Shown: one piece after another, positions 27,918 to 36,624 of the stretch
Layout: every line of letters starts with the position of its first letter
Numbering within the stretch: position 1 is the first letter of the stretch
Assembly (NCBI GenBank): GCA_963675785.1
Contig: OY776562.1
Coordinates: forward strand, 2,688,001 to 2,752,000
Length of the DNA: 64,000 nucleotides
Source: Anaerolineae bacterium
GTDB lineage: Bacteria > Chloroflexota > Anaerolineae > UBA1429
Direction of reading: 5' to 3'
Notes under the pieces: generated by a model
The model's input: the letters and a program-made list of their open reading frames with translations, nothing else
Told to the model about the DNA's origin: nothing
Database searches by the model: none
Position numbers and translations under genes: made by a program

Positions 27918-28265
27918 CTGGACTATCTAGATGTTGCGAAACTGGCAGTCGATGCAGCTTCTGCCAAGATGGCAGAAGACCTTTTATTGCTTGACCTGCA
28001 AGAACTTACCATCATTGCCGACTATTTTGTCATCGCTTCAGCCGACACTGGCCGTCAAATCGATGCTATCACTGAGGCAATCGATGGCGAGATCAAACAA
28101 AAGCTGGGGCTTGATCCTCTCCATATAGAGGGCACTGCAGATTCTGGCTGGGTATTGATGGATTATGGCGGAGTGGTTATCCATCTCTTTTCCAAACCGC
28201 AACGCGAGCGTTATCAACTCGAAGATCTATGGCGAGATGCGCGAGTCATTGTGAGAATAGCCTAA
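27918..28265 (+). CDS. rsfS: Ribosome silencing factor (probable CTG start)
   Basis: IADYFVIASA, WVLMDYGGVVIHLF, RERYQLEDLW. GGGAGG lies 6 nt before the in-frame CTG at 27918. Confidence 0.92.
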   Translation: MDYLDVAKLAVDAASAKMAEDLLLLDLQELTIIADYFVIASADTGRQIDAITEAIDGEIKQKLGLDPLHIEGTADSGWVLMDYGGVVIHLFSKPQRERYQLEDLWRDARVIVRIA

Positions 28266-28268
28266 CAG

Positions 28269-28297
28269 AAAGAGCCATCCAACGAGGATGGCTCTTT
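28269..28297. terminator. Bidirectional terminator between rsfS and ndk
   Basis: AAAGAGCCATCC/GGATGGCTCTTT 12-bp stem. Confidence 0.8.
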
Positions 28298-28307
28298 ACT
28301 ATCCGAA

Positions 28308-28760
28308 TTATTCCAGAATCCAGCAGTCCGAGTCGCGCTTCCAATCGACGAGTTCGTCCTCGGCAAAAAAGAGGGCTATTTCGTGAGCGGCCGTTTCTGG
28401 GGCATCGGAGCCATGAACCAGATTCCGACCAATTTCCATGCCAAAATCTGCGCGAATGGTGCCCGGATTGGCATTGACCGGATTGGTTGCCCCCATGGTA
28501 TTGCGCACCACCTGAATTGCATTCGGGCCTTCCAACGCCATCACCACAACTGGCGCAGCAGTAATATACTCAATGAGCCCGGCAAAAAAGGGCTTACCCT
28601 CATGCACAGCATAATGCCGCCTGGCCAGTGTTTCATCAATCTGCATCAGTTTGAGCCCTACGAGCTTGAGTCCACGCTTTTCAAAGCGTGCGACGATCTC
28701 ACCCACCAAACCACGCTGCACAGCATCCGGCTTGGCAATGACAAGTGTTCGTTCTACCAT
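28308..28760 (-). CDS. ndk: Nucleoside diphosphate kinase
   Basis: ERTLVIAKPDAVQRGL, PGTIRADFG, NLVHGSD. Confidence 0.98.
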   Translation of the reverse strand: MVERTLVIAKPDAVQRGLVGEIVARFEKRGLKLVGLKLMQIDETLARRHYAVHEGKPFFAGLIEYITAAPVVVMALEGPNAIQVVRNTMGATNPVNANPGTIRADFGMEIGRNLVHGSDAPETAAHEIALFFAEDELVDWKRDSDCWILE

Positions 28761-28789
28761 TCAAAACCTCCAAACAAGTTTATGTAAGA

Positions 28790-30016
28790 TTAGTTTCTAA
28801 ACCGATTTAGCTCGTCACGAGCTTCACGCAAGAGTCCCCCCAAGCTTTGCTCCTGAGGAAACCGGCGAGTCAGAAATTCGAGATCACCAACAACTTCGCG
28901 AAGCAGTTCGCGATTATGAGAGACGAGATAGCTATAGTGCTCTACGGCCAGAGAAATGCTCTTCTCATCACGATAGCGCCGCGCCAGATCAAGCCGAGCC
29001 TGCCAGTCATCAGGATGGTCGTTCACATACATCCGCTGAATGTCTGTAATCGACAACCCTGGATCGATCTCGTTATCTTCTTTCTCTTCCCGAATGGGCT
29101 GAATGACTAAATCGACCGCTGTAACAGAACCCCCTTCAGGAATTGGCTCTGACCAACCAAACCACTCATCAATCATATCCTGAGGCGCTTCGCTTTCAGT
29201 CTCAGCTTCGGCAGCCGCATCATCCAAATAAGAGAGATCAAGAGGTGGTAACTCTTCCTCCAAGGCGGGGACGCGTACGTTACGTGGGGCAAGGGGCGAT
29301 CTGGCGCCAAAGAGGCTTTGCGCCATGGCATTGTCAGGATCGAGACTTTGAGCACGTTCCAAAAGCATACGCCCCTGCTCATCCCGAAAAGTACCCAGCC
29401 ACAAATTGCCCAAAAGCAAATTCGCTATTAGACAATCAGGAAGCAAAGCTAGAATACGCTGACTTTGCGCCTCAACTCGGTTCACATCCTGAAGATTCCA
29501 TGAGCATTCAAGCAGAGAAACGAGAATATCTGTGCGCTCTGTTTTGTGCTCTAAATTCTCCAACTCCCATTGAGCGCGCGTGTAGAGCAATCCGCGCATA
29601 TACGTTCGCGCCAAACCAACTCTTGTAAGCTGCACTTGCTCTACAGAAATGCCCTGTTCGTGGTACAGCCGCAAAAGTTCTTGTTGAAGCTCTGGGTTTG
29701 CGGGCGCCATCTCAAAAGCTCGTTCCAAATACCAGAGTGCACGGGATGTATCGCCAGCAGCGTCATAAATAGCGGCCAAACTGGCGTTTGCCAGAGGATC
29801 ATTGGGATAGACACCCAGCACCCGGAAGAAGGCATCCGCTGCATGATCATCCTGGCCCAAAGCCAAATAAGCCTGCCCCACTATGCCAAAAGCACGGCCA
29901 TGTTTGGGATAGGCCTTTAGCACCCTGAGGCAAAACTCTTTAGCCTGATTGGGTTGTCCCACACGTACCATGTGCTGTGCCCGTTCAAGCAGGGCAGCCA
30001 CACTAAGTTCAGACAT
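28790..30016 (-). CDS. Tetratricopeptide repeat protein
   Basis: Repeated helical TPR-like units (ALWYLERAFEMAP.N; LERAQSLDPDN). Confidence 0.8.
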   Translation of the reverse strand: MSELSVAALLERAQHMVRVGQPNQAKEFCLRVLKAYPKHGRAFGIVGQAYLALGQDDHAADAFFRVLGVYPNDPLANASLAAIYDAAGDTSRALWYLERAFEMAPANPELQQELLRLYHEQGISVEQVQLTRVGLARTYMRGLLYTRAQWELENLEHKTERTDILVSLLECSWNLQDVNRVEAQSQRILALLPDCLIANLLLGNLWLGTFRDEQGRMLLERAQSLDPDNAMAQSLFGARSPLAPRNVRVPALEEELPPLDLSYLDDAAAEAETESEAPQDMIDEWFGWSEPIPEGGSVTAVDLVIQPIREEKEDNEIDPGLSITDIQRMYVNDHPDDWQARLDLARRYRDEKSISLAVEHYSYLVSHNRELLREVVGDLEFLTRRFPQEQSLGGLLREARDELNRFRN

Positions 30017-30136
30017 TTATTTTCCTATAGACACTGAAATCGAGCTGGCCCATTATGGCCCACACAAGGTTTGATGTCAACGTAGGGTAGGCACAATCTC
30101 CTCTCAGGCACCTTAGGCAGCTCTAACAAAGGCAAC

Positions 30137-30165
30137 TTGACACACTGTGCACCCTGATGTATCGT
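30137..30165 (+). promoter_or_regulatory. Putative promoter of the aminotransferase operon
   Basis: TTGACA-17 nt-TATCGT. Confidence 0.55.
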
Positions 30166-30187
30166 TTCAAGATACTTTTTTCGTTTT

Positions 30188-30233
30188 GACACCGTGCAAG
30201 GGCGCTCGGGCGCCACGCATGGTGTCTTTTTTT
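30188..30233 (+). terminator. Terminator-like hairpin in the 5' leader (possible attenuator)
   Basis: GACACCGTGC/GCATGGTGTC stem with inner GGCGC/GCGCC stem, followed by T7. Confidence 0.5.
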
Positions 30234-30253
30234 ATTTGACTGGAGGTCTTGGC

Positions 30254-31405
30254 ATGAAGGCGCTATCAACTGCTGTTTCGAACATGAGCCGTTCCCCAAT
30301 TCGGGCTATGTTTGACGCAGCCGCTGCTGTGCCCGATGCCATCTACCTGGCGTTGGGCCAACCAGATTTTCCGATTCCGGCGCATGTTGCCCAAACCGCA
30401 GCCAAAGCGTGTACTGATTCGTACACTGGTTACACCTCCAACGCGGGAATTATGGAACTTCGTCAGGCAATCTGTAAAAAGCTGGCACGAGAAAACAACC
30501 TCCACGTCGAAACAGACAACATTATCGTCACCAGCGGTGCCATGCAATCCATTCATTTAGCAATGAGTGCACTGCTCAGCCCGGGAGACGACATTCTCTT
30601 GCCGAATCCTGGCTATGGCAATTTCATCATGGCCGCCAAGCTCTGCTATGGAAATCCCATTGAATACCCAACACCACCAGAGCTGGACTTTACACCTGAT
30701 TTTGATGCCTTGGAAGAGTTGGTTACGCCGAACACAAAGGTCATGCTCATAAACAGCCCCTCCAATCCGACGGGAGCTGTATGGAACGCTGAAATCATGC
30801 GGGCTTGCTTTGAGTTCTGCCAGCGGCATGATCTCTATTTGATCTCGGACGAGACCTATGATCAGTTAGTGTACGAAGGCGAACATATCAGCCCAGCGAT
30901 TTGGGATACTGAAGGTCGCGTGCTCACCATCTTTACTCTTTCCAAAACGTATTCAATGACGGGATGGCGCGTAGGTTGGACTGTGGCCTCCAAAGAGATT
31001 GTTTCTGCCATGTCAATGTGCCAGGAACCCGTTGTAAGCTGCATCAACACCGTTGCCCAGTATGCGGCAATTGCTGCTCTGGAAGGACCGCAGGATTGCG
31101 TTGTCGATATGGTGGCGGATTATCGGCATCGACGAGATCTGGCCGTTGAGACAGCAAAAAAACTGGGATTGGATATTTATTACCCTCACGGTGCTTTCTA
31201 TCTGTTGATCAACATCAAAGAGAGTGATCTCACCTCGGTGCCGTTTAGTGAGTCACTTCTCCAAACAGAACATGTCGCTGTTGCACCTGGCGCAGGATTC
31301 GGTAGTATGTGTGATGATTATGTACGCATCAGCCTGTGTGCAGCGGAAAATGATGTGATCCAGGGCATCAAAAGAATTGCCCGACACATGGATCGAGCCG
31401 TCTGA
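30254..31405 (+). CDS. PLP-dependent aminotransferase class I/II
   Basis: GQPDF, NSPSNPTGAV, ISDETYD, SKTYSMTGWRVG, YVRIS. GGAGG precedes ATG 30254. Confidence 0.92.
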   Translation: MKALSTAVSNMSRSPIRAMFDAAAAVPDAIYLALGQPDFPIPAHVAQTAAKACTDSYTGYTSNAGIMELRQAICKKLARENNLHVETDNIIVTSGAMQSIHLAMSALLSPGDDILLPNPGYGNFIMAAKLCYGNPIEYPTPPELDFTPDFDALEELVTPNTKVMLINSPSNPTGAVWNAEIMRACFEFCQRHDLYLISDETYDQLVYEGEHISPAIWDTEGRVLTIFTLSKTYSMTGWRVGWTVASKEIVSAMSMCQEPVVSCINTVAQYAAIAALEGPQDCVVDMVADYRHRRDLAVETAKKLGLDIYYPHGAFYLLINIKESDLTSVPFSESLLQTEHVAVAPGAGFGSMCDDYVRISLCAAENDVIQGIKRIARHMDRAV

Positions 31406-31436
31406 CACAGGCCAGTGTTCGCAGGAGGCCTCGGAC

Positions 31437-32384
31437 GTGCAGCAGGCAATATCGTGTCAGAATCTTACAAAGCATTTTGGCGAGAAGAAAGCCGTTCAAG
31501 GACTTGATCTTGAGATCGGCCAGGGCGAGGTCTTTGGTTTTCTGGGGCCGAACGGTGCCGGGAAAACCACCACCGTTCGCCTGCTCAATGGCCTTCTTGC
31601 GCCCACCAGCGGCAGCGCTACCGTACTTGGTATGAATATTCTAGAGGACGCATCGGCTATCCGTGCGTCCTCTGGTGTTTTGACCGAAACACCCGGTCTC
31701 TATGAATCCCTCACGCTGGAAGAAAACCTCCGCTTTTACGGCGAACTTTACCGCGTACCAGCAAATGATCTCGATAAGCGCATCACTGATTTGTTGGAAG
31801 AATTTGACTTGGTTGACCGCGCTCATGATCATGTAGGTACTCTGAGCAAAGGTCTTCATCAACGCATGGCTATTCTCCGAGCTCTGATCCACGATCCGCA
31901 GATTCTCTTTTTGGACGAGCCCACCGCAGGTCTGGACCCAGCCGCCACGCGCCAGGTTATCGAACTGATTAGTGATATGAGCCAAAAACGCGGACGAACT
32001 GTCTTTTTGTGTACCCATAACCTGGATGTTGCCCAAAAACTGTGTGACCGCATTGGTGTCATCGATCACGGTATTCTGCAAGCTGTAGGCACACCAAAAG
32101 AACTAGCAAGCGAACTCTGGAGACAATGCCAGGTTGAACTTGTGCTGGGTAATGTAAACGACAGTCGTCTGGACGCGCTCAGAGAGGCCCCGTTCATGCT
32201 GAATCTTGCAGTCCATGGCGACCAAGTCTCTGTCACTCTATCAGATGATGAAAAGATACCCGAATTGACCCGCTGGCTTGTACAAAACGAACTGGATGTT
32301 TATTCAGTCACGCCACAACAGCACACACTCGAAGATATCTATTTCAAGATCCAGGGAAACGATGAGAGCGAGGCAGGCGAATGA
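31437..32384 (+). CDS. ABC-2 type transporter ATP-binding protein
   Basis: GPNGAGKTT, LSKG, FLDEPTAGLD. GGAGG precedes GTG 31437. Confidence 0.92.
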   Translation: MQQAISCQNLTKHFGEKKAVQGLDLEIGQGEVFGFLGPNGAGKTTTVRLLNGLLAPTSGSATVLGMNILEDASAIRASSGVLTETPGLYESLTLEENLRFYGELYRVPANDLDKRITDLLEEFDLVDRAHDHVGTLSKGLHQRMAILRALIHDPQILFLDEPTAGLDPAATRQVIELISDMSQKRGRTVFLCTHNLDVAQKLCDRIGVIDHGILQAVGTPKELASELWRQCQVELVLGNVNDSRLDALREAPFMLNLAVHGDQVSVTLSDDEKIPELTRWLVQNELDVYSVTPQQHTLEDIYFKIQGNDESEAGE

Positions 32385-33205
32385 TGAAATTCGAATGGCG
32401 CACCATCAAAGCAATCGCCCGCAAAGACCTTAGGCTAGCTCTGCAGAATAAGAACATTCTGGTGCCGACAATCCTCGTCCCCGCTATCATTCTAGTCATC
32501 ATCCCCGCTATCATGGTTTCTGTGCCACGTTGGGCCTCGTTGGATGAAATGTCTTATGACGATATCGAGCCCTTTATTCGCATGATAACCGCTGCTGGGC
32601 TAAACATCGACATGAGCGATTACGTTGAGGCTTGGATCATTGGGAGCGCAAGCTATATGTTTGCCCCCATGTTCCTCATTATTCCGCTTATGACTTCATC
32701 AATCCTGGCATCAGACTCGTTCGTGGGAGAAAGGGAAAGACACACCATGGAGGGTCTGCTGTATACGCCGGTTAGCACGCGAGATTTGTTTATCGGCAAA
32801 GTACTCTCGGCCTTTGTACCAGCCCTCATTATTGAGGCTGTCTCTTTTGTCGCCTATGCCGTCGTGGTCAACGCGGCGGGATACTATGCCATGCAGCGAA
32901 TCTTTTTCCCGCCGACTTTTTGGTGGGTGCTGCTTCTGTGGCTTGGCCCTGGCGTATCTCTCTCCGGCATCGGTATCACGGTTATGATCTCTTCCAAAAC
33001 ACAGACCTTTGTAGAGGCCCAACAATGGAGCGGCATTCTTGTGCTGCCCATTGTGCTCGTCATGGTCGGCCAACTCGCTGGTGTATTTGTTTTGGGAACG
33101 GGCATCGTCTTTTTGATCGGCGCCATATTCTGGGCTGTAGGCATAGCCGCCACCTTGTACGGAGCCAAAACGTTTCACCGCTCCGAACTCATTAGCCAGG
33201 TATAG
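32381..33205 (+). CDS. ABC-2 type permease
   Basis: About 6 TM helices; SFVGERERHTMEGLLYTPVS..DLFIGK. Confidence 0.88.
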   Translation: MMKFEWRTIKAIARKDLRLALQNKNILVPTILVPAIILVIIPAIMVSVPRWASLDEMSYDDIEPFIRMITAAGLNIDMSDYVEAWIIGSASYMFAPMFLIIPLMTSSILASDSFVGERERHTMEGLLYTPVSTRDLFIGKVLSAFVPALIIEAVSFVAYAVVVNAAGYYAMQRIFFPPTFWWVLLLWLGPGVSLSGIGITVMISSKTQTFVEAQQWSGILVLPIVLVMVGQLAGVFVLGTGIVFLIGAIFWAVGIAATLYGAKTFHRSELISQV

Positions 33206-33220
33206 CCAAAGGAATGCTAT

Positions 33221-34231
33221 ATGCTCAGTAATCTGCATCAGCAAAAACGCTTTCTGAGGCAACGCGAGAGCAGTTACAATCGCAACGGCGGAAATCGCGA
33301 TTACATCGTCATCGAGGCTGGAACATCCTATGCGGCGCCTCAACTCCTAGGGGCAGGCATCATTCGCCATTTGTGGTTTACAGTGGTTCCTGGCTCTGAA
33401 GATGCCTACCGAAAATTAGTTTTGCAAATCACCTTTGATGAGGTTGGTGAACCTCAAGTCAACGTACCCCTTGCTGACTTGTTCATGTTCGGTCACGGCC
33501 ATCTCGTCGATATAAATAATGCTGCTGTGCAGGTGAGCCGCCAGCCCCATCTCACGGAGCCTCCCTACCGCGGATCGCTCAACTGTATGTTCCCCATGCC
33601 TTTTGAGCATTCAGCCAAGGTAGTGCTCACTAACCATTCAACTGTAGATGCCAACGTTTTTTACTATGTCGATTGGGAAGCACACGAGTTGTTAGAAGAA
33701 CCCGTGCTCTACTTTCATGCTACGTTGAATCAGGAACACACTACACCACCTATGAATCAGCCCGTGCAACCTCACGGCAACTTTGATGCCAACATCACAA
33801 ATCTGGGCTGGGATGAGAATTATTGCCTTTTGGATGCCCGAGGCTATCTGGGGCATTATGTGGGGACAAGTCTTTCCATCTACTGCCAACCGGGAGAATC
33901 AGGCAAGTGGTGGGAGGGTGATGATATGTTCATCATCGATGGCGAGCCATGGCCGCCCCGTTTACATGGTACCGGCACAGAGGATTATTTCAACCTCGCC
34001 TGGGGATTCAGAAAAGTAGATTGCCGCCCCGAGTACGGCGTGACTTATCTTGATAAAGGCCCCGGCGATACTAACCAAATAGACGGCAAGTTTTCCATGT
34101 ACCGTCTACATATCAGCGACTCAATACCTTTTAAAACGTCTTTGTTGGCGACACTAGAGCATGGCCATGCGAATGATTGCAGCGCCGAGTACCGGTCTGT
34201 CGCCTATTGGTATGGCAGAAAGCTAGTGTGA
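33221..34231 (+). CDS. DUF2961 / glycoside hydrolase family 172-like protein
   Basis: GIIRHLWFT, NCMFPMPF, WWEGDDMFIIDGE, HGTGTEDYFN.AWG, EHGHAN, SVAYWY. Confidence 0.85.
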   Translation: MLSNLHQQKRFLRQRESSYNRNGGNRDYIVIEAGTSYAAPQLLGAGIIRHLWFTVVPGSEDAYRKLVLQITFDEVGEPQVNVPLADLFMFGHGHLVDINNAAVQVSRQPHLTEPPYRGSLNCMFPMPFEHSAKVVLTNHSTVDANVFYYVDWEAHELLEEPVLYFHATLNQEHTTPPMNQPVQPHGNFDANITNLGWDENYCLLDARGYLGHYVGTSLSIYCQPGESGKWWEGDDMFIIDGEPWPPRLHGTGTEDYFNLAWGFRKVDCRPEYGVTYLDKGPGDTNQIDGKFSMYRLHISDSIPFKTSLLATLEHGHANDCSAEYRSVAYWYGRKLV

Positions 34232-34239
34232 GAACAGTC

Positions 34240-35628
34240 ATGTCATTGAATCAAACCCATCTGACCGAAACACTCTATGCACAATACCGGGCAAGGTTTC
34301 CCAAATCGGCTCAGGCCCATGAGCGTTCATTGAACAGCCTGGTCGACGGCGTAAGCCACACTGCCCGCCTGGTCGAGCCTTATCCTATTCGAATTGAAAA
34401 TGCTCGCGGTGCTATCGTCGAGGATATTGATGGGCACGAAATTGTCGATCTGTGGCAGGGCCACTATGCTAACATCATCGGTCATAACCCCGAGCCAGTA
34501 CGCCGCGCACTGATAGAGGCCCTTGAGGCAGGAAATGGCCTGCAAACAGGTCATGTGGAAGAAGCCCAGGCCACCTTTGCCGAAATGCTGCTCAAGGATA
34601 CCGGAGATGACCGTGTTAGGATGACAACCGCCGGTACTCTGGCCACTATGTATGCCATGATGCTGGCAAGGGGCTATACTGGACGCCAAATCGTAGTCAA
34701 GACCGCCGGTGGCTGGCACGGCGCCAGTCCGTCGGGCTTGCGCGGAGTACAGCGAAACCGCGATGGCTATAACCATACCGATTCGCAGGGCATTACAGCA
34801 CAAGATAATGAGACCACCCTGGTCATCGCTTTTAACGACAGCCAGGCGCTGATTGATCTGTTTGAAACACGGGGAAACGAGATCGCCTGCTTTATCTGCG
34901 AGCCTGTGCTGGGATCTGCAGGGTTTATCCCCGCCACCCGCGAATATCTTCAGACTGCACGCCAACTCACCGAGCGTTTTGGCTCACTCTTGATTTTGGA
35001 CGAGATCATCACTGGTTATCGCTATTGTTTGGGTGGCGTCCAGCAGATGTACAACGTAAAAGCCGACCTCACAACCTACGGCAAAGTCATCGGCGGGGGT
35101 ATGCCTATGGCAGCTATCACTGGTCGAGCGGATATTATGGATCTTATGAGCGTCAAGAGCCCCAGACGCGTTTGGGGTAGCGGCGGCACCTTCTCTGCTC
35201 ATCCTTCAAGCCTGATTGCTGGCACAGCCATGATCTCGTACCTTCATGAACACAAAGCTGAAGTCTACCCTGTATTGGCAAACACCACCGAAATACTGCG
35301 CAACCGCATCGAAGAGACTTTTGCCAGACACAACATTATCGCCAGATGCACGGGCCACAGTGATGGGCCACTCGATGGCTCACTCGTATCCGTATATTTT
35401 CCAAAAGAGGTGAATTGGGTGCCGTCGTCGGCAGAAGAGATGCTCAATCCGCTCTATTGCAATGCAGCCTTGCGCGAAAATCTGCTGCGCTTGGGCATGT
35501 TGATCAACGATGTAAACGTGGTACATGGCTTTGGCGCGCTTTCTACAACACACACTCTGCAGCATATCGACCGTATCGTTCAAGCTTATGATGCTTTTGC
35601 CCAAATGATCGAGGATCACACCGACTAG
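34240..35628 (+). CDS. Class III aminotransferase (glutamate-1-semialdehyde aminomutase-like)
   Basis: DIDGHEIVD, LILDEIITGYR, DLTTYGKVIGGGMP, GGTFSAHP. Alternative start GTG 34228. Confidence 0.85.
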   Translation: MSLNQTHLTETLYAQYRARFPKSAQAHERSLNSLVDGVSHTARLVEPYPIRIENARGAIVEDIDGHEIVDLWQGHYANIIGHNPEPVRRALIEALEAGNGLQTGHVEEAQATFAEMLLKDTGDDRVRMTTAGTLATMYAMMLARGYTGRQIVVKTAGGWHGASPSGLRGVQRNRDGYNHTDSQGITAQDNETTLVIAFNDSQALIDLFETRGNEIACFICEPVLGSAGFIPATREYLQTARQLTERFGSLLILDEIITGYRYCLGGVQQMYNVKADLTTYGKVIGGGMPMAAITGRADIMDLMSVKSPRRVWGSGGTFSAHPSSLIAGTAMISYLHEHKAEVYPVLANTTEILRNRIEETFARHNIIARCTGHSDGPLDGSLVSVYFPKEVNWVPSSAEEMLNPLYCNAALRENLLRLGMLINDVNVVHGFGALSTTHTLQHIDRIVQAYDAFAQMIEDHTD

Positions 35629-35640
35629 TCGGAGAATACT

Positions 35641-36624
35641 ATGAGCGACGTAGAGAATCACGACGATAAAAAGAATGCCAAAAAAGATTTACTATGGGCC
35701 TTTATTGCCCTGGTAATTTTTATAGCGATCTGTCTGGCCGTGCTCATCTCTCATAATCCAACTGCTGGACGTTCTGTGCAGGCGGACGGGCTAGAGCTAA
35801 CGGTTTTGCACACCAACGACACTTTGGGGTACTTGACCGGCTGTGGTTGAGCGCACGACACCGGAGGAGTTGCCCGTCGGGCAACTTTAATTCAAGAGAC
35901 CCAGGCGACCTATACGAACACGCTCGTACTGGATGCAGGTAATTCACTGCTCTATGACACATCGCCTGCCACCACAACTTACGGTAGAACTAGCATCGAG
36001 GCTATGAACCTACTGGGATATGATGTTCTCAACCTAGGGCTGAGCGACATCACCTTTTTGACGCAAACCCAACTGGAAGCGCGTATCACTGAGGCAGAAT
36101 TCGCCGTCATCAGCGCTAACGCTTATTCACTTGCCACGGGCGATCTCATCACCGATCCCTATGTAGTTCTGGAGAGAGGTGGCTATAGCATCGGCATCAT
36201 CGGCCTCAGTGAGCCGGGAGATGGCGAGGAGATGGCGGCAAGCGATCCGGAAGAAGCCTTGGAAAGATGGTTGCCAGAAGTAGCCAAGCAAGCAGATATC
36301 GTCATCCTTCTTTCTCACACAGGTGTGGATACCGACGCTGCTCTGGGTGAAGAGTTCGAGGATATTGATCTCGTTGTGAGCGGCAGGAACAGAGTGCTGG
36401 ACGCTCCCATGACCCTTTCAACAGGAGCAGTGCTCATTCATGCTGACTATGCCAGTTCGGGAAGCGCTGGGGAACGCGTCGGCATTGCCCAGCTGAGTTT
36501 TTCGTCCAAGGGCGAGCTAGCTGATATCAGCTGGGAAAAAATCTTGCTGGATGAGGACGTGCCTGTTGATGAGGAAATGAGTGCCTGGGTCGACGAGGTA
36601 TTGGCAGATAGTAGCAATTACTAG
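35641..36624 (+). CDS. Membrane-anchored UshA-like (metallophosphoesterase-fold) selenoprotein; UGA at 35848-35850 read as Sec
   Basis: Track ORFs 35641..35850 and 36004..36624 are in frame and joined across one TGA: ...HTNDTLGYLTGCG-U-AHDTGGVARRATLIQETQ...LVLDAGN... A hairpin lies 17 nt downstream, and selA is in the window. Confidence 0.85.
35866..35888 (+). promoter_or_regulatory. Putative bacterial SECIS element
   Basis: GGAGTTGCCC-GTC-GGGCAACTTT: 8 Watson-Crick pairs plus 2 G-U pairs, with G in the apical loop, just after the in-frame TGA. Confidence 0.7.

Noticed and set aside
34240-35628. Calling the class III aminotransferase hemL
   Set aside because: Several motifs are divergent and there are no tetrapyrrole genes nearby, so only a family-level call is made.
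35641-36624. Pseudogene or two separate genes at the TGA
   Set aside because: A single in-frame TGA in a CxU context, with a downstream hairpin and selA present, fits Sec recoding better.
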